64,000 nt of DNA from an uncultured candidate division Zixibacteria bacterium (GTDB lineage: Bacteria; Zixibacteria; MSB-5A5; GN15; FEB-12): positions 512,001 to 576,000 of the forward strand of contig CAVTJJ010000003.1 in assembly GCA_963735035.1 (NCBI GenBank), given 5' to 3'. The position numbers and the translations under genes were made by a program. How positions within the stretch are numbered: the stretch's first letter is position 1; each line of letters opens with the position of its first letter. Positions 32,543 to 42,500 of the stretch are shown piece by piece. The notes beneath the pieces were generated by a model, which was not told the DNA's origin, did no database searches, and saw only the letters and a list, made by a program, of their open reading frames with translations.

Positions 32543-33598
32543 CTACAGGACCGAAATAACTTTGTCGGCGCGTGGTGTGACCTCGCCCACGACCGTCGCG
32601 GGCAGTCCAGCCACCTGTAAGGCCTGAGAAAACGTCTCAGCCCGATCCGACGGGATAGCAATCAGCAGTCCGCCGGACGTTTGCGGATCGTACAAGACCT
32701 GTTCGAGTGACTTCCTCACCCCCGAAGCCATGTCCACCCGATCCTGGAGCCAGGAACGGTTATCATTTGCCCCGCCCGGGTTGACTCCCTCGCCGGCGAG
32801 ACGTTCGGCCTCGGGAAGGATCGGCAGTCGGTCGGCGAAGAACCGAAGGCTCGTCCCCGATGCTTCAGCCATTTCCATGGCGTGGCCGAGCAGGCCGAAA
32901 CCGGTTATATCAGTGGCCGCGTGAACACCGTATTGGACCATCAACACCGCGGCAGTCCGGTTGAGTGCAGCCATCTGGCGGATGACCAGGTTGGCCAGTT
33001 CGGCGGAGACAACATTGCGTTTGATGCCGGTTGTAATAATACCGGTCCCGAGCGCCTTGGTCAAAAAGAGCTGGTCGCCCGGTTTCGCGCCGGCGTTGGT
33101 GACGATCTTGTTCGGGTCGATTATCCCCGTGACCGCCACGCCGTATTTCAGTTCTTTGTCTTTGATCGAATGACCGCCGACCACCACCGCTCCGGCTTCT
33201 TCGATCTTTTCGTTGCCGCCGCGAAGAATTTCGCCCAGAATTTCCGGAGGCATGGTCGTGACCGGGAAGCAAACGATATTCAGAGCCGTCAGCGGCCGTC
33301 CTCCCATCGCGAATACGTCCGACAGGGCGTTCGCCGCGGCAATCCGGCCGAAATCATACGGGTCATCAACGATCGGCGGGAAAAAGTCCACCGTCTGGAC
33401 CAGAGCTGTCCGCTCGTCGAGGCGAAACACCCCGGCGTCGTCGGCCTTGTTGAACCCGACCAGAAGGTCCGGATGGGTCGACTGCGGCAGGTCTTTGAGC
33501 AGATTGGCCAGGAACCCCGGCCCCAACTTGCTGGCTCAACCCGCGCAGGCGACTTCGGCAGTCAGCTTGATGGTGGTCTCTTTGCGTTTGTCTTCCAC
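32543..33598 (-). CDS. selD: Selenophosphate synthetase with an in-frame UGA (selenocysteine) at codon 21
   Basis: Reads MEDKRKETTIKLTAEVACAG-UGA-ASKLGPG; DDAGV; TVDFF; GGHS; TDITGFGLLGH; DPQTSGGLL. Confidence 0.92.
33506..33522 (-). promoter_or_regulatory. Candidate bacterial SECIS hairpin
   Basis: GGCCGGG-GUU-CCUGGCC starting 13 nt after the UGA at 33538-33536. Confidence 0.55.
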
Positions 33599-33827
33599 GG
33601 TGGAAGGGTAGTAAAGAGAACTTCGCTACGCAAGCTTGAGTCGTCTCCCCCCTGTTCACAAATTGAACACCGCCAAAGACTGGACCTCCGGGCCGTTTTG
33701 GCCGATTACATAGAGAACAGGAGGCATGCGGTCAACTACAGCCGAAACAGGCCACCGAACCGGACTATCCGGGCGGGGCCAAGCGACCGCGCGCCCGGAA
33801 CGGGATGCCAAACAGACGCGCCGGTAT

Positions 33828-35924
33828 ATGACTCGTAAGAATTGCACGCTGCGTATCGACGAACTTCTCTTGAAGCAACAACTGGTGACCGAGGACCAGA
33901 TCAGGCTGGCCCTTGACCGCCAGCGTGAGCACGGCGGACGGCTCGGCTCCCACCTGATGAAGCTAGGCTTCATCACCGAGGACCAGTTGTTGAATGTGCT
34001 GACGACCCAGTTCAATTGTCAGTCTGTCTCGATCGTCCAACAGAACATCCCGGTGGAAGTCATCAGGATGCTTCCGGCCAATGTCGCCGTAGCACGCACT
34101 GTGATTCCATTCGCCTATGATCCGTCGCATGACCTTCTGAGTATAGCCTGCGAGGACCCAACCAACACTGACCTAGAATCCGAATTGAAATTTGTCACCG
34201 GTGGCAAGAATATCCGTCTGTTCGTGGCAGCAGAGTTGTCGCTTCGCGCAGCCATATCCAAACACTACACCGCGAATACTTCCACCGGGCGGGTAGCCGT
34301 CGTAACCGAGAGCGTCGTGGCCCAGCAGGCCGATTGGTCGTCGGGCAGCACAACCGTTCTGGTAGTCAGTGATGATCTCAACGGCGACAAACCGCTGGTG
34401 CAGGCGCTCAAGAACGAAGAGTTCCAGGTAATCTGCACCGAGTCGGCCGATGACGCCATCGATCTTATCGGTACCCACCGATTCTTTGCGGTGTTCATCC
34501 GCGATACGGTACCGGGCGATTATATCGACCTGATCGACCGGCTGCGCAAAGTCTCGCCCCGTACCAAAGTACGCTACTACGAATCGGCCGCCCAGATGCT
34601 GATTCATGAAACCGGCTACAAAGAGTCTGAAGATCTTTTGATCAAGAGTACTCAGTTGTTCACCGCGCTGCTGGCCGCCCGCGACCATTCATCCCACAAC
34701 CATGCGGCAGTCGTGGGTCGATATGTCGATCGGTTGTGTCGCCAGCTCGGACTCCCGGAAAAAGATCGATTGAGCGTTGTCGACGCCGCCTATTTGCACG
34801 ATGTCTCGCGCTACTACTACGGTGAATCACAGGCCGCCCCCGATTGCCGCACGCGCGTCCCGATGTCCGCCAAGCTGCTCGATTCGCTGAACTTCCCGCC
34901 GCTGGTAGTCGGGATGCTGAAGTCGATGTACATCGACCTTGAGCAGAAATACACTCGTCGCCTGCCGATTGAAGCGCTCGGCGGGAATATCCTGACCATC
35001 GTGGATGTGTTCTGTGAGAATGTGTCGTTCGACCGCCGGCTGTCGCTCGACAAATTCGAAAAAGTCCGGTCGAATCTGGAGTCGATGTCCGGCCGGTTGT
35101 TCCTGAAAGAAGTCACCACGGCTTTTGTGGAGTTAATCGAGCAGGAGATTCTCGACGATTCCCCGGTGCAGGACGGCACCCACAACCAGGTCTTGCTCTA
35201 TTGCGATGACAAGGGCTACCTCGAAAGTGTGACTGACCGGCTTCGCGACGAAGGCTTCCGGCCGCTGGCCATGGACAATATCGATAAGTTTACGGTCATG
35301 TACCGACGGTCGCGCCCTGACATCATTGTTCTTATAGAAAAGTCGGATGCCGCCAAGGCCCGTCAGACTGTCACAACCATAACTGAAAAGGGCGTCGACA
35401 TCCGTCAAGTGCCAACGTTCCTCGTTTCCTCCGGTCAGGCAGCGTCAGAACTGGCGGCCATGCTTGAACTGGGTCTCGAGGATGTGGTCGCGATCGAGAA
35501 CTCGCTCGATCTGCTAGTCGTCAAACTTCAGAAACTTCGCGCTCGAATCGCCCAGTCGGCGCATTCGGAACTGAAAATGGACGTCCACTCCCCGACTGTT
35601 ACATCCGGAAATATCGAAGACATGAACCTGGTCGATTTGATACAGGCGATGGGACCCGGCGGGCGAACCGCCAAGATCAGAGTCATGTCGACGCAGGGCA
35701 AGCTGACCGTCTGTTTGGATAGAGGCCGTATCATCTACGCTGAGAGCGACGACAAAACCGGCGCCGAGGCGGTTTACGATGCCGTCATGTGGCGCACCGG
35801 TAAATGGGTGGTCCAGACGCTCAAAGAAGATGAACTGCCGGAGCCAAACAACGATTCCGCCAACGAGGCGATCCTTATGGAAGGGTGCCGCCGCCTCGAC
35901 GAGATGTCCCGCGCCGGACAGTGA
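33828..35924 (+). CDS. MshEN/GspE-N + REC-like + degenerate HD + REC-like + DUF4388 signalling protein
   Basis: RIDELL..TEDQ...AL and RLGSHL..TEDQL; AYLHD; SGNIEDMNLVDLIQ...ILMEGCRRLDE. Confidence 0.75.
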   Translation: MTRKNCTLRIDELLLKQQLVTEDQIRLALDRQREHGGRLGSHLMKLGFITEDQLLNVLTTQFNCQSVSIVQQNIPVEVIRMLPANVAVARTVIPFAYDPSHDLLSIACEDPTNTDLESELKFVTGGKNIRLFVAAELSLRAAISKHYTANTSTGRVAVVTESVVAQQADWSSGSTTVLVVSDDLNGDKPLVQALKNEEFQVICTESADDAIDLIGTHRFFAVFIRDTVPGDYIDLIDRLRKVSPRTKVRYYESAAQMLIHETGYKESEDLLIKSTQLFTALLAARDHSSHNHAAVVGRYVDRLCRQLGLPEKDRLSVVDAAYLHDVSRYYYGESQAAPDCRTRVPMSAKLLDSLNFPPLVVGMLKSMYIDLEQKYTRRLPIEALGGNILTIVDVFCENVSFDRRLSLDKFEKVRSNLESMSGRLFLKEVTTAFVELIEQEILDDSPVQDGTHNQVLLYCDDKGYLESVTDRLRDEGFRPLAMDNIDKFTVMYRRSRPDIIVLIEKSDAAKARQTVTTITEKGVDIRQVPTFLVSSGQAASELAAMLELGLEDVVAIENSLDLLVVKLQKLRARIAQSAHSELKMDVHSPTVTSGNIEDMNLVDLIQAMGPGGRTAKIRVMSTQGKLTVCLDRGRIIYAESDDKTGAEAVYDAVMWRTGKWVVQTLKEDELPEPNNDSANEAILMEGCRRLDEMSRAGQ

Positions 35925-36070
35925 CTCTCACCGGCGTTTCCCTCACTCACTTATAAACGTCATTGCGAGGTCGCCCTTGGCGGCCGTGGCAATCTCTATT
36001 GTTGTAGGTCGGGACCCTGGTGCCTGCTCGCTACTTAGCAGACGGCCGTAAGGCCGTCATTCCTGCGAAG

Positions 36071-36223
36071 GGGCATGTTGAAAAACCCCCCCCGAATGTT
36101 GTTGCGTCAGGTCCTGCGCCGCCAAAGGCGGCGTGTGACCTGACGCGTTGCAGCGACTTAGGAAATCACTATCGTGCGTGGAATGATTCGAATTGAGCCA
36201 AGAGAGGCTTTTTCAACAGGCCC
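36071..36223. mobile_element. MITE-like element with 15-bp terminal inverted repeats (14/15 match), nested in a larger palindrome
   Basis: GGGCATGTTGAAAAA at 36071-85 and TTTTTCAACAGGCCC at 36209-23. Confidence 0.6.
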
Positions 36224-36321
36224 CTCCGCGGGTATGACGGGGCTGGCGCCCCGTTCTTTATCTCCGCAAAGAAGTTGGCAAGTCTGAAGCAAACCTGCCC
36301 ACAATAATTGTTTCCGCTCCC

Positions 36322-37353
36322 CTACTCCCCAAACCGCTGCAGATAATTAATCTTCGCGCTCTGACGACTGCGCGTCTCATCCGAAATACGAGCCTCGTAT
36401 GACCGGTAATGCTCTACGGTCGCTTTCAGATTGGCATCATCCGTCAGCCAGGTGCAGCATTGCGCCAGATGCCAATCACATTCGATCAGATTGAAATAGT
36501 TGCCGGGCGAACTATCGAGCCGGGTTCGCAATTCCAGAAAAGCGCGGGCCGCCTCGCCGTAGTGGGTCTGAAGAAACCGCGCCTGTGCAATCGGCCACAG
36601 GAAGGTATGGCCGTCGGGGTATCGTTTGACAAAATCCTCGGCCAGAGTCACGGCCGCGTCGTATTCCTTCTCATCAATGTATATCCAGATCAGAGCGCTT
36701 CGCGAAAGCTCGCGATGAAGCAGTGACGAGTCCGCCGCCCGGCGGAGTTCCGCGATACCCTTGTCCTTTTCATCCTTGAACAACCCGATCCAGCGCAGCA
36801 TCCCCGCCTTAGCCGATTTCCAGTAATGATACGAGCCGATCCCCATGTAGAGATCATACAACGAACTGTCGCGGCTCAACCCGGCTTCGTACTCGTCGAT
36901 ACTGGCCATGCCCATCTTGAGCGCCGCCATCGATGAACCGAACTTTGATTCGTACAGTGATCCGTAGGCCCGCGCGTGACCGCGCCAGAGGTACATCCAG
37001 GCGGCGGTGGGATTATTACAGGTATCAAGGATGCGGTCAGTCAGCGACACCACCGAGTCGAGCAACTGCCGGAAGAGCGCGCCGTTAACGTTCTCCTCGC
37101 GATCAGACATATCGGCAAATAGTGCCCCCGCCCGGAAGAGGTAGCCCGCCGGGTCCTGGGTACGAGCGGCGATCTCGGCCTGGTAGATCGAATCGACCTG
37201 AGCGAACCGGTCGTTGAAGAGCAGGCTTTGTGTCTCCAGAACCGTCCGAACGTATGTGCTGTCGAGCTGGGCGGACTGAGCGTGCATCAAAGGAGCAACC
37301 AGGTAGATTGCGATCGATAACAGGCTGCTTAAGAGTCTTCCTCGGGCGGACAT
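36322..37353 (-). CDS. Secreted TPR-like helical protein
   Basis: Signal peptide ending in MHA-Q; helical repeats (YMGIGSYHYW). Confidence 0.7.
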   Translation of the reverse strand: MSARGRLLSSLLSIAIYLVAPLMHAQSAQLDSTYVRTVLETQSLLFNDRFAQVDSIYQAEIAARTQDPAGYLFRAGALFADMSDREENVNGALFRQLLDSVVSLTDRILDTCNNPTAAWMYLWRGHARAYGSLYESKFGSSMAALKMGMASIDEYEAGLSRDSSLYDLYMGIGSYHYWKSAKAGMLRWIGLFKDEKDKGIAELRRAADSSLLHRELSRSALIWIYIDEKEYDAAVTLAEDFVKRYPDGHTFLWPIAQARFLQTHYGEAARAFLELRTRLDSSPGNYFNLIECDWHLAQCCTWLTDDANLKATVEHYRSYEARISDETRSRQSAKINYLQRFGE

Positions 37354-37390
37354 TCGGCCTAACCTAGGCCCGGACGAGCCGAAGGCAATT

Positions 37391-37417
37391 AAAAAACCGG
37401 CGCGTCCGTTGCGCCGG
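37391..37417 (-). terminator. Intrinsic terminator after the sigma/anti-sigma operon
   Basis: CCGGCGC-loop-GCGCCGG-TTTTTT on the minus strand. Confidence 0.7.
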
Positions 37418-37584
37418 CACGAGACATCATGATCGGTTGTGTCAGTTCCTGCGACCACGATTTATCGGGGTCGTGTGAACTGACACCTGCTATCAGGCAT
37501 AGACAATGGCGGCAGGTCACACCCACCTGCGGTGGGCAGGACCTGCCGCAACCATGACCTATTCGTTCGTAGCTTTACACCTAA

Positions 37585-38406
37585 CTAAATCGGATTACGG
37601 TCGGGGAAGAAATCGAGCAGATCGACATCCCGATTCGAGCTCGCCGTCACGATCAGAGCGTTGCCGACCTGACGATATACCAACCGGCAGCCACGACAAT
37701 TATGGTCGTAGAATTTGGCGCCATTGCGATGTACGATGGTCTCGATTAATTCTTCCGGAACGGTCAGGAGGTCTTCGTCAATAACGAATACCGACACGAA
37801 ATGATCGTCGTTGTGGTAAATGAAATGAACCAGCGGGATGTTGTCCACCGTCTCGACCTGCCCGCCGATGAGTGTGAACGTTTTCACTTTCTCGGCTACA
37901 TCGTAGGATAGATTTTGCTGTGAAGTCGAGCGAGCCAGAGTCGTGGTGGCTTGGTCGCTATAGCCATCGTGATTATCAACCGCCGCCGCGTGTGATTGCT
38001 CCAGCGGCAGATAAGCGCCGTGAGTGTCGAAAACCGCCCGGCCGACAAAATAAGCGCCGATAACGACTACCAGCGACGCCGCAACAGCAAGCGCCCAGCC
38101 AAGCCGGAAAGCCGGTTTGGCAGGGTAATCATTTTTTTTTTCAAAGGAGGGTGACAGGGGACGATTTTCGCCATCGACCCGGTCGAGTTCGGCCAGTACC
38201 TTGAATTTCAGCGTGTCCAGCTTAGGCGTGGCCTGTCGATGCGCCAGCTTCTCCTGAATCAACTCGTTGACTGAACGCTCGAGCCGATAGACGCCGGAAC
38301 AGTCCTTGCAATTGCGCAGGTGTTCTTCTACTTCTTTGGCGTCGATTTCAGAGGCTTCTTTATCAATTATTTCATAGAGAAGATTGAGCGCTTCCTGGCA
38401 ATTCAT
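37585..38406 (-). CDS. Zinc-finger (zf-HC2/ZAS) transmembrane anti-sigma factor
   Basis: MNC...EEHLRNCKDC (HxxxCxxC); one TM; ATGA overlap with the sigma gene. Confidence 0.88.
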   Translation of the reverse strand: MNCQEALNLLYEIIDKEASEIDAKEVEEHLRNCKDCSGVYRLERSVNELIQEKLAHRQATPKLDTLKFKVLAELDRVDGENRPLSPSFEKKNDYPAKPAFRLGWALAVAASLVVVIGAYFVGRAVFDTHGAYLPLEQSHAAAVDNHDGYSDQATTTLARSTSQQNLSYDVAEKVKTFTLIGGQVETVDNIPLVHFIYHNDDHFVSVFVIDEDLLTVPEELIETIVHRNGAKFYDHNCRGCRLVYRQVGNALIVTASSNRDVDLLDFFPDRNPI

Positions 38407-38990
38407 TTAGCGAGGTCCTTGATGTAACCGTTCTTGACTGCGTAATCATAAAGCTTCTTTTGCAGGAGCTTCCGGCCGCGATGCAGGCGCGATTTTACCG
38501 TCCCTAGTTGAAGATCGACAATATCAGCAATCTCCTGATACGAGAAATCTTCCAGGAACGACAAGACCACTACTAACCTGAAATCATCCGGCAACTCCTC
38601 GATAGCCTTCTTGACGTCATCGTCAAAAATCTTCGCGAACAACTGCTCTTCCGGATTCTTATCCGGAGTCAGCGACGACAACTGTCCGTAGAGGAAGTTG
38701 TCATCGATATCATCCAGATTCACCGACACCGGCGTTCGAGACTTGGACCGATATTCATTGATGAATATGTTGGTCATGATCTTGAACAGCCAGGCGCGAC
38801 AGTTCGAACCCGGTTCGAACTTGTCCCAGAAGCGGTACGATTTGACCATCGTCTCCTGGACGAGATCTTCCGCGTCGGACTGATTCTTGGTCATTCTCAG
38901 TGCCGTGCGGTAGAGCGCGTCCATGTGAGGCAACGCCTCATTTTCGAACTGCTTCCGCTTGTCGAGCTGCTTGGTTGAACCTTCGGGCAT
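38403..38990 (-). CDS. ECF sigma factor (SigR/SigH-like)
   Basis: FENEALPHMDALYRTALRMT; DAEDLVQET; SYQEIA; GTVKSRLHRGR. Confidence 0.92.
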   Translation of the reverse strand: MPEGSTKQLDKRKQFENEALPHMDALYRTALRMTKNQSDAEDLVQETMVKSYRFWDKFEPGSNCRAWLFKIMTNIFINEYRSKSRTPVSVNLDDIDDNFLYGQLSSLTPDKNPEEQLFAKIFDDDVKKAIEELPDDFRLVVVLSFLEDFSYQEIADIVDLQLGTVKSRLHRGRKLLQKKLYDYAVKNGYIKDLAK

Positions 38991-39043
38991 ACTATCGACC
39001 CCTTACGCCCAAAAGTTCGTTGCTTTCGCAACCTATGTGTCTA

Positions 39044-39069
39044 AACAGTCGGTTCACTGGTGAAGTTCC
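39044..39069 (-). promoter_or_regulatory. ECF (SigR/SigH-type) autoregulatory promoter
   Basis: GGAAC-N18-GTT upstream of the sigma gene. Confidence 0.6.
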
Positions 39070-39299
39070 CGCTACGGTTGTTCGCGTTCTGTCCGGGCAA
39101 TATCCTGTGATCCAGCGTTTTGGACTGCAACGCAGGGTCGGCGGCCGGGCTCTTCGCGCTAGTCAAGATACAATATGGGCGAAAAAGACACAAGTGCCTC
39201 TAATCGCTTAACAGGACCCTTTTTGCCTTCTTTCATTATATTGTACGCTTGTAGTTCCACTTTGATTCAAGTCAAGTGCGGGGAGAATTTACGCGTTTG

Positions 39300-39560
39300 T
39301 CATGCCCCGGTTTAGCCGGGGCACCCAAGGGTTGAGTGAACCGTGCCCCGCAGATGTCCACATCTGCCGGAATCAGGGCACCCAAGGGTTGTCCAAACGT
39401 CATCCCCGAGAAGTCGGGGACCCAAGGGTGTCCTGATCGGCAGGGTTCCACCCCTGCCGGGGGATGGTGCCCCAGCGCTCGCGCCGGGTTGGTGTTTGAT
39501 TTGAAAAACGTAGGTCAGGCGGACTCGACGCCTGACGTCTTGCAGGTCGGGTTCGCCGCT
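39300..39560. repeat. Cluster of mixed REP-like palindromes
   Basis: GGG(C/G)ACCCAAGGGT three times, family B and C copies, and a GTAGGTCAGG hairpin. Confidence 0.75.
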
Positions 39561-39563
39561 CCC

Positions 39564-42500
39564 CTACTCGCACCCCACCTTGAAAGCGGCACTTGATATG
39601 AACAGATGGTCGATCATCAGCGAAATATCGCCGATCGTTATGTCACAACGGCCATTCACATCGCCAACCTTCGGGGGATCTATCGGCGTACCACCGATGA
39701 ACAGATGATCGACTAAGAGAGCAATATCGCCAATCGTGCAGTCGTGCGACCGGTTGACGTCACCCAGCGTCCAGGTCCAGAAATCGGACACCGCCGACAT
39801 GCTGAACAGCCCCCCGTTGTCGAGCGCCTTCACTCGCCACCAATAGCGGGTGCTGAACGACAGTGAATCTGCGAAATTGAACACCGTATCGACCAGGTTG
39901 TCGAACGGCACTATCATTGTAAAATTCTGATTGAGCGACAACTCCAGCCGGTATCGGACTTCGTCGAACGGGTCCGGGTCGGTCGCCGCGGTCCAGGTGA
40001 ACGCGGGCAGCATGTCGAACAGAATCAGGTTCTGCCCGATTGGTGCAATAGCAGTTGGCGTACTGGGTGCTTGTGGCATGCCGTTAACTGCGAAGAAGAA
40101 CCAGCTTGACGTGTCCGAGAATTCGTATCCGTCCCAGACGCGACAACGCCACGCGTAGATTGAATCTTCCGCCAAATACTCACTCACGGTCCACCCGGTG
40201 GAATCGGTCTGCTGCGGCACCAGATCGCTGACCATCAGCGGCGACGGATCGCCGGGGCTGTCATAGAGAAGGAACTGGTATGACAGCGAGTCGCTTTCGG
40301 GATCGGTCGAGTTATAGACGTAGAGCGTTGGCTGATACCCGGTAAATGCTCCGTTGTGCGGCGACGCAATGGCTGGCTTGACGGGCAGCGAGTTCATGCG
40401 GAAAGAGGTTTCGTACCAGGGCGTCCATGACCCGTTGAGTTTGGTCCGAACGCGGGCGTAGTACGTGGCGCCATCGAGCAACGTCGCCCCAGCATAGACA
40501 GTAGAAGCTTCTGTGCTTTGGGAGGGGGCCGGATTCCACATTTCCGCATAGGCCCAGTCGTTGTCGGAGCCGACCGCGATTTCGAATTCGGTCTGAGACC
40601 AGCCGAGAGCAGGATCGAAAGTCCAGCCCAATACCGGGGTGTGGCTCATAACATTTGTGGTGGACGGTTCAGCCGGCAGTGCAAGAGTAGCGGCGAGCGT
40701 GCAGGCGACATCGTACGCGCCGATCAACTGCCCGCATGAGTTGTTAGCCGCCGCACAGGGCGAGAAGTTGTATAGTGAGTAGTTGCCGTTGGCGGTATCA
40801 CAGAAGAGCGGATCAAGTGAGATGTTGCCGTTCTGGCCATACTGGTCAGCGATACAGCCGACCCAGTCACCACCGGCGTTTGCGATAACATTGGAGCAAG
40901 ACACAAGCGGCGCGATGCCGCCGTCCTGCAACACTATAGCTGCCCCTTGGCGGCCATCCGCAAATACACATTCTGAAATAGTTGGTGACCCAGTACCATA
41001 CGTGTAACTGCCACAAACAATGTGACTTCCCGTGGTCGCACTATTCCCCACGAAAGTACAGCCAGTCACATCTGATGTGCCCCAAGGTACAACATATAAC
41101 CCGGAAATGGCACCGCCTGCCTGGGCCTCATTTGATTCAAAGACGCACGAGTGAATTGACAAACCTTGAATACACGATCCCGCAATGATCTCAATTCCAG
41201 CCCCTCGAGATGCAACGTTACTCCGAAATCTGCAACGAGAGATTTCAACCGGTATGCTCGAATTGAAGCAACGAAGAGAAATTGCGCCTCCGGACTCAGC
41301 TACATTTCTTTCAAAATAACAACTATCGATGACAAGTCGAGAATCTCCCAACGAGCCCTCCCAGAAGCGCACACCAGCACCGGAACCACTCGTGATGTTC
41401 GCTGTAAACTCGCAATGCAACACTGACAGCTGAATTGGACTATCTTCTACCCATACACCAATTCCAGTCCCATTGCCACCAAACCTGCAGTTCGTGACTA
41501 GGTTTGTACCCCCTCGAAAATACAGTGCATCTCCAACATTGGCCTCAAATGAACACGAGTCAATGTCAGTCACACCTTGACCAAAGGATGCCCCACCGCC
41601 AGCATTGCGATTGATTTTGCAGGAAGTCAGTGCACCTACGTGCGAATACAGCCCTATTCCGCTGTTATCCTCTATTACGCAGTCTTTCAAGATTGCGCTT
41701 CCTGTCGAGACACCTGCTCCCTGATTTTCTCTAATGATACATGAGTCTAAAACTATATCTTGACCCTCCGCGAAGACCGCACTGCCGAAAGCATGCATGA
41801 TCGTAAGCCCGCGAATCGTTGTTGTACCACTAGTTAGCAGGAATCCAACATGCGGGTCGGCTGCCGAGGCATCACAGTCAATGACAGTGTTCTCCGGGCC
41901 ATTCTCCGACCTAACGACAATTACCTTCCCCGACACATCAACGTCGCGATTGCCCTCTCCTGTATATGTCCCATCTGCCACGAGCACTGTATCACCGTTT
42001 AGAGCAACATCAACACCGGCCTGGATTGTTGGTTGGTCAGACGGAACGCGTATTGTAGTCGGAACATGTGGCAAAGCAGTAAGATTCATTATAATCGATA
42101 CAGTGTTGGAGCTTTCGTTGGCCACGGTCAGATCATTGTCACCATCGCTGTCAAGGTCGCTCGAGTATATAGAAAAAGGACCGTCTCCAGCGGCAAAGTT
42201 GACTGCAGCTTCAAACGTCCCGTCACCATTATTCTTCAGAATCGACACGTTGTCAGAGCCTGCATTCGCCGCAACCAGATCGTTGTCACTGTCACGATCA
42301 AGATCAATTGCGAAGACAGCGCGCGGACGATCCCCCGCAACGTAGTTGACAGCGGCTTGAAAGGTCCCGTCACCATTATTCTTCAGAATTGACAAATTGT
42401 CAGAGTCAATGTTCGCCACGGCAAGATCATTGTCGCCGTCGCCATCAACATCGATCGCAAAAACAGAAATGGGCTCCGTGCCAGCCGCGTACTGCACACC

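Noticed and set aside
32882..33838. Long antisense ORFs (for example 3036-3884, 32882-33838, 56315-57289)
   Set aside because: They are shadow frames of well-supported GC-rich genes and show no recognisable motifs.
37435..37486. Riboswitch with terminator upstream of the TPR gene
   Set aside because: It is a member of dispersed hairpin family A, and the terminator is adequately explained by the sigma operon.
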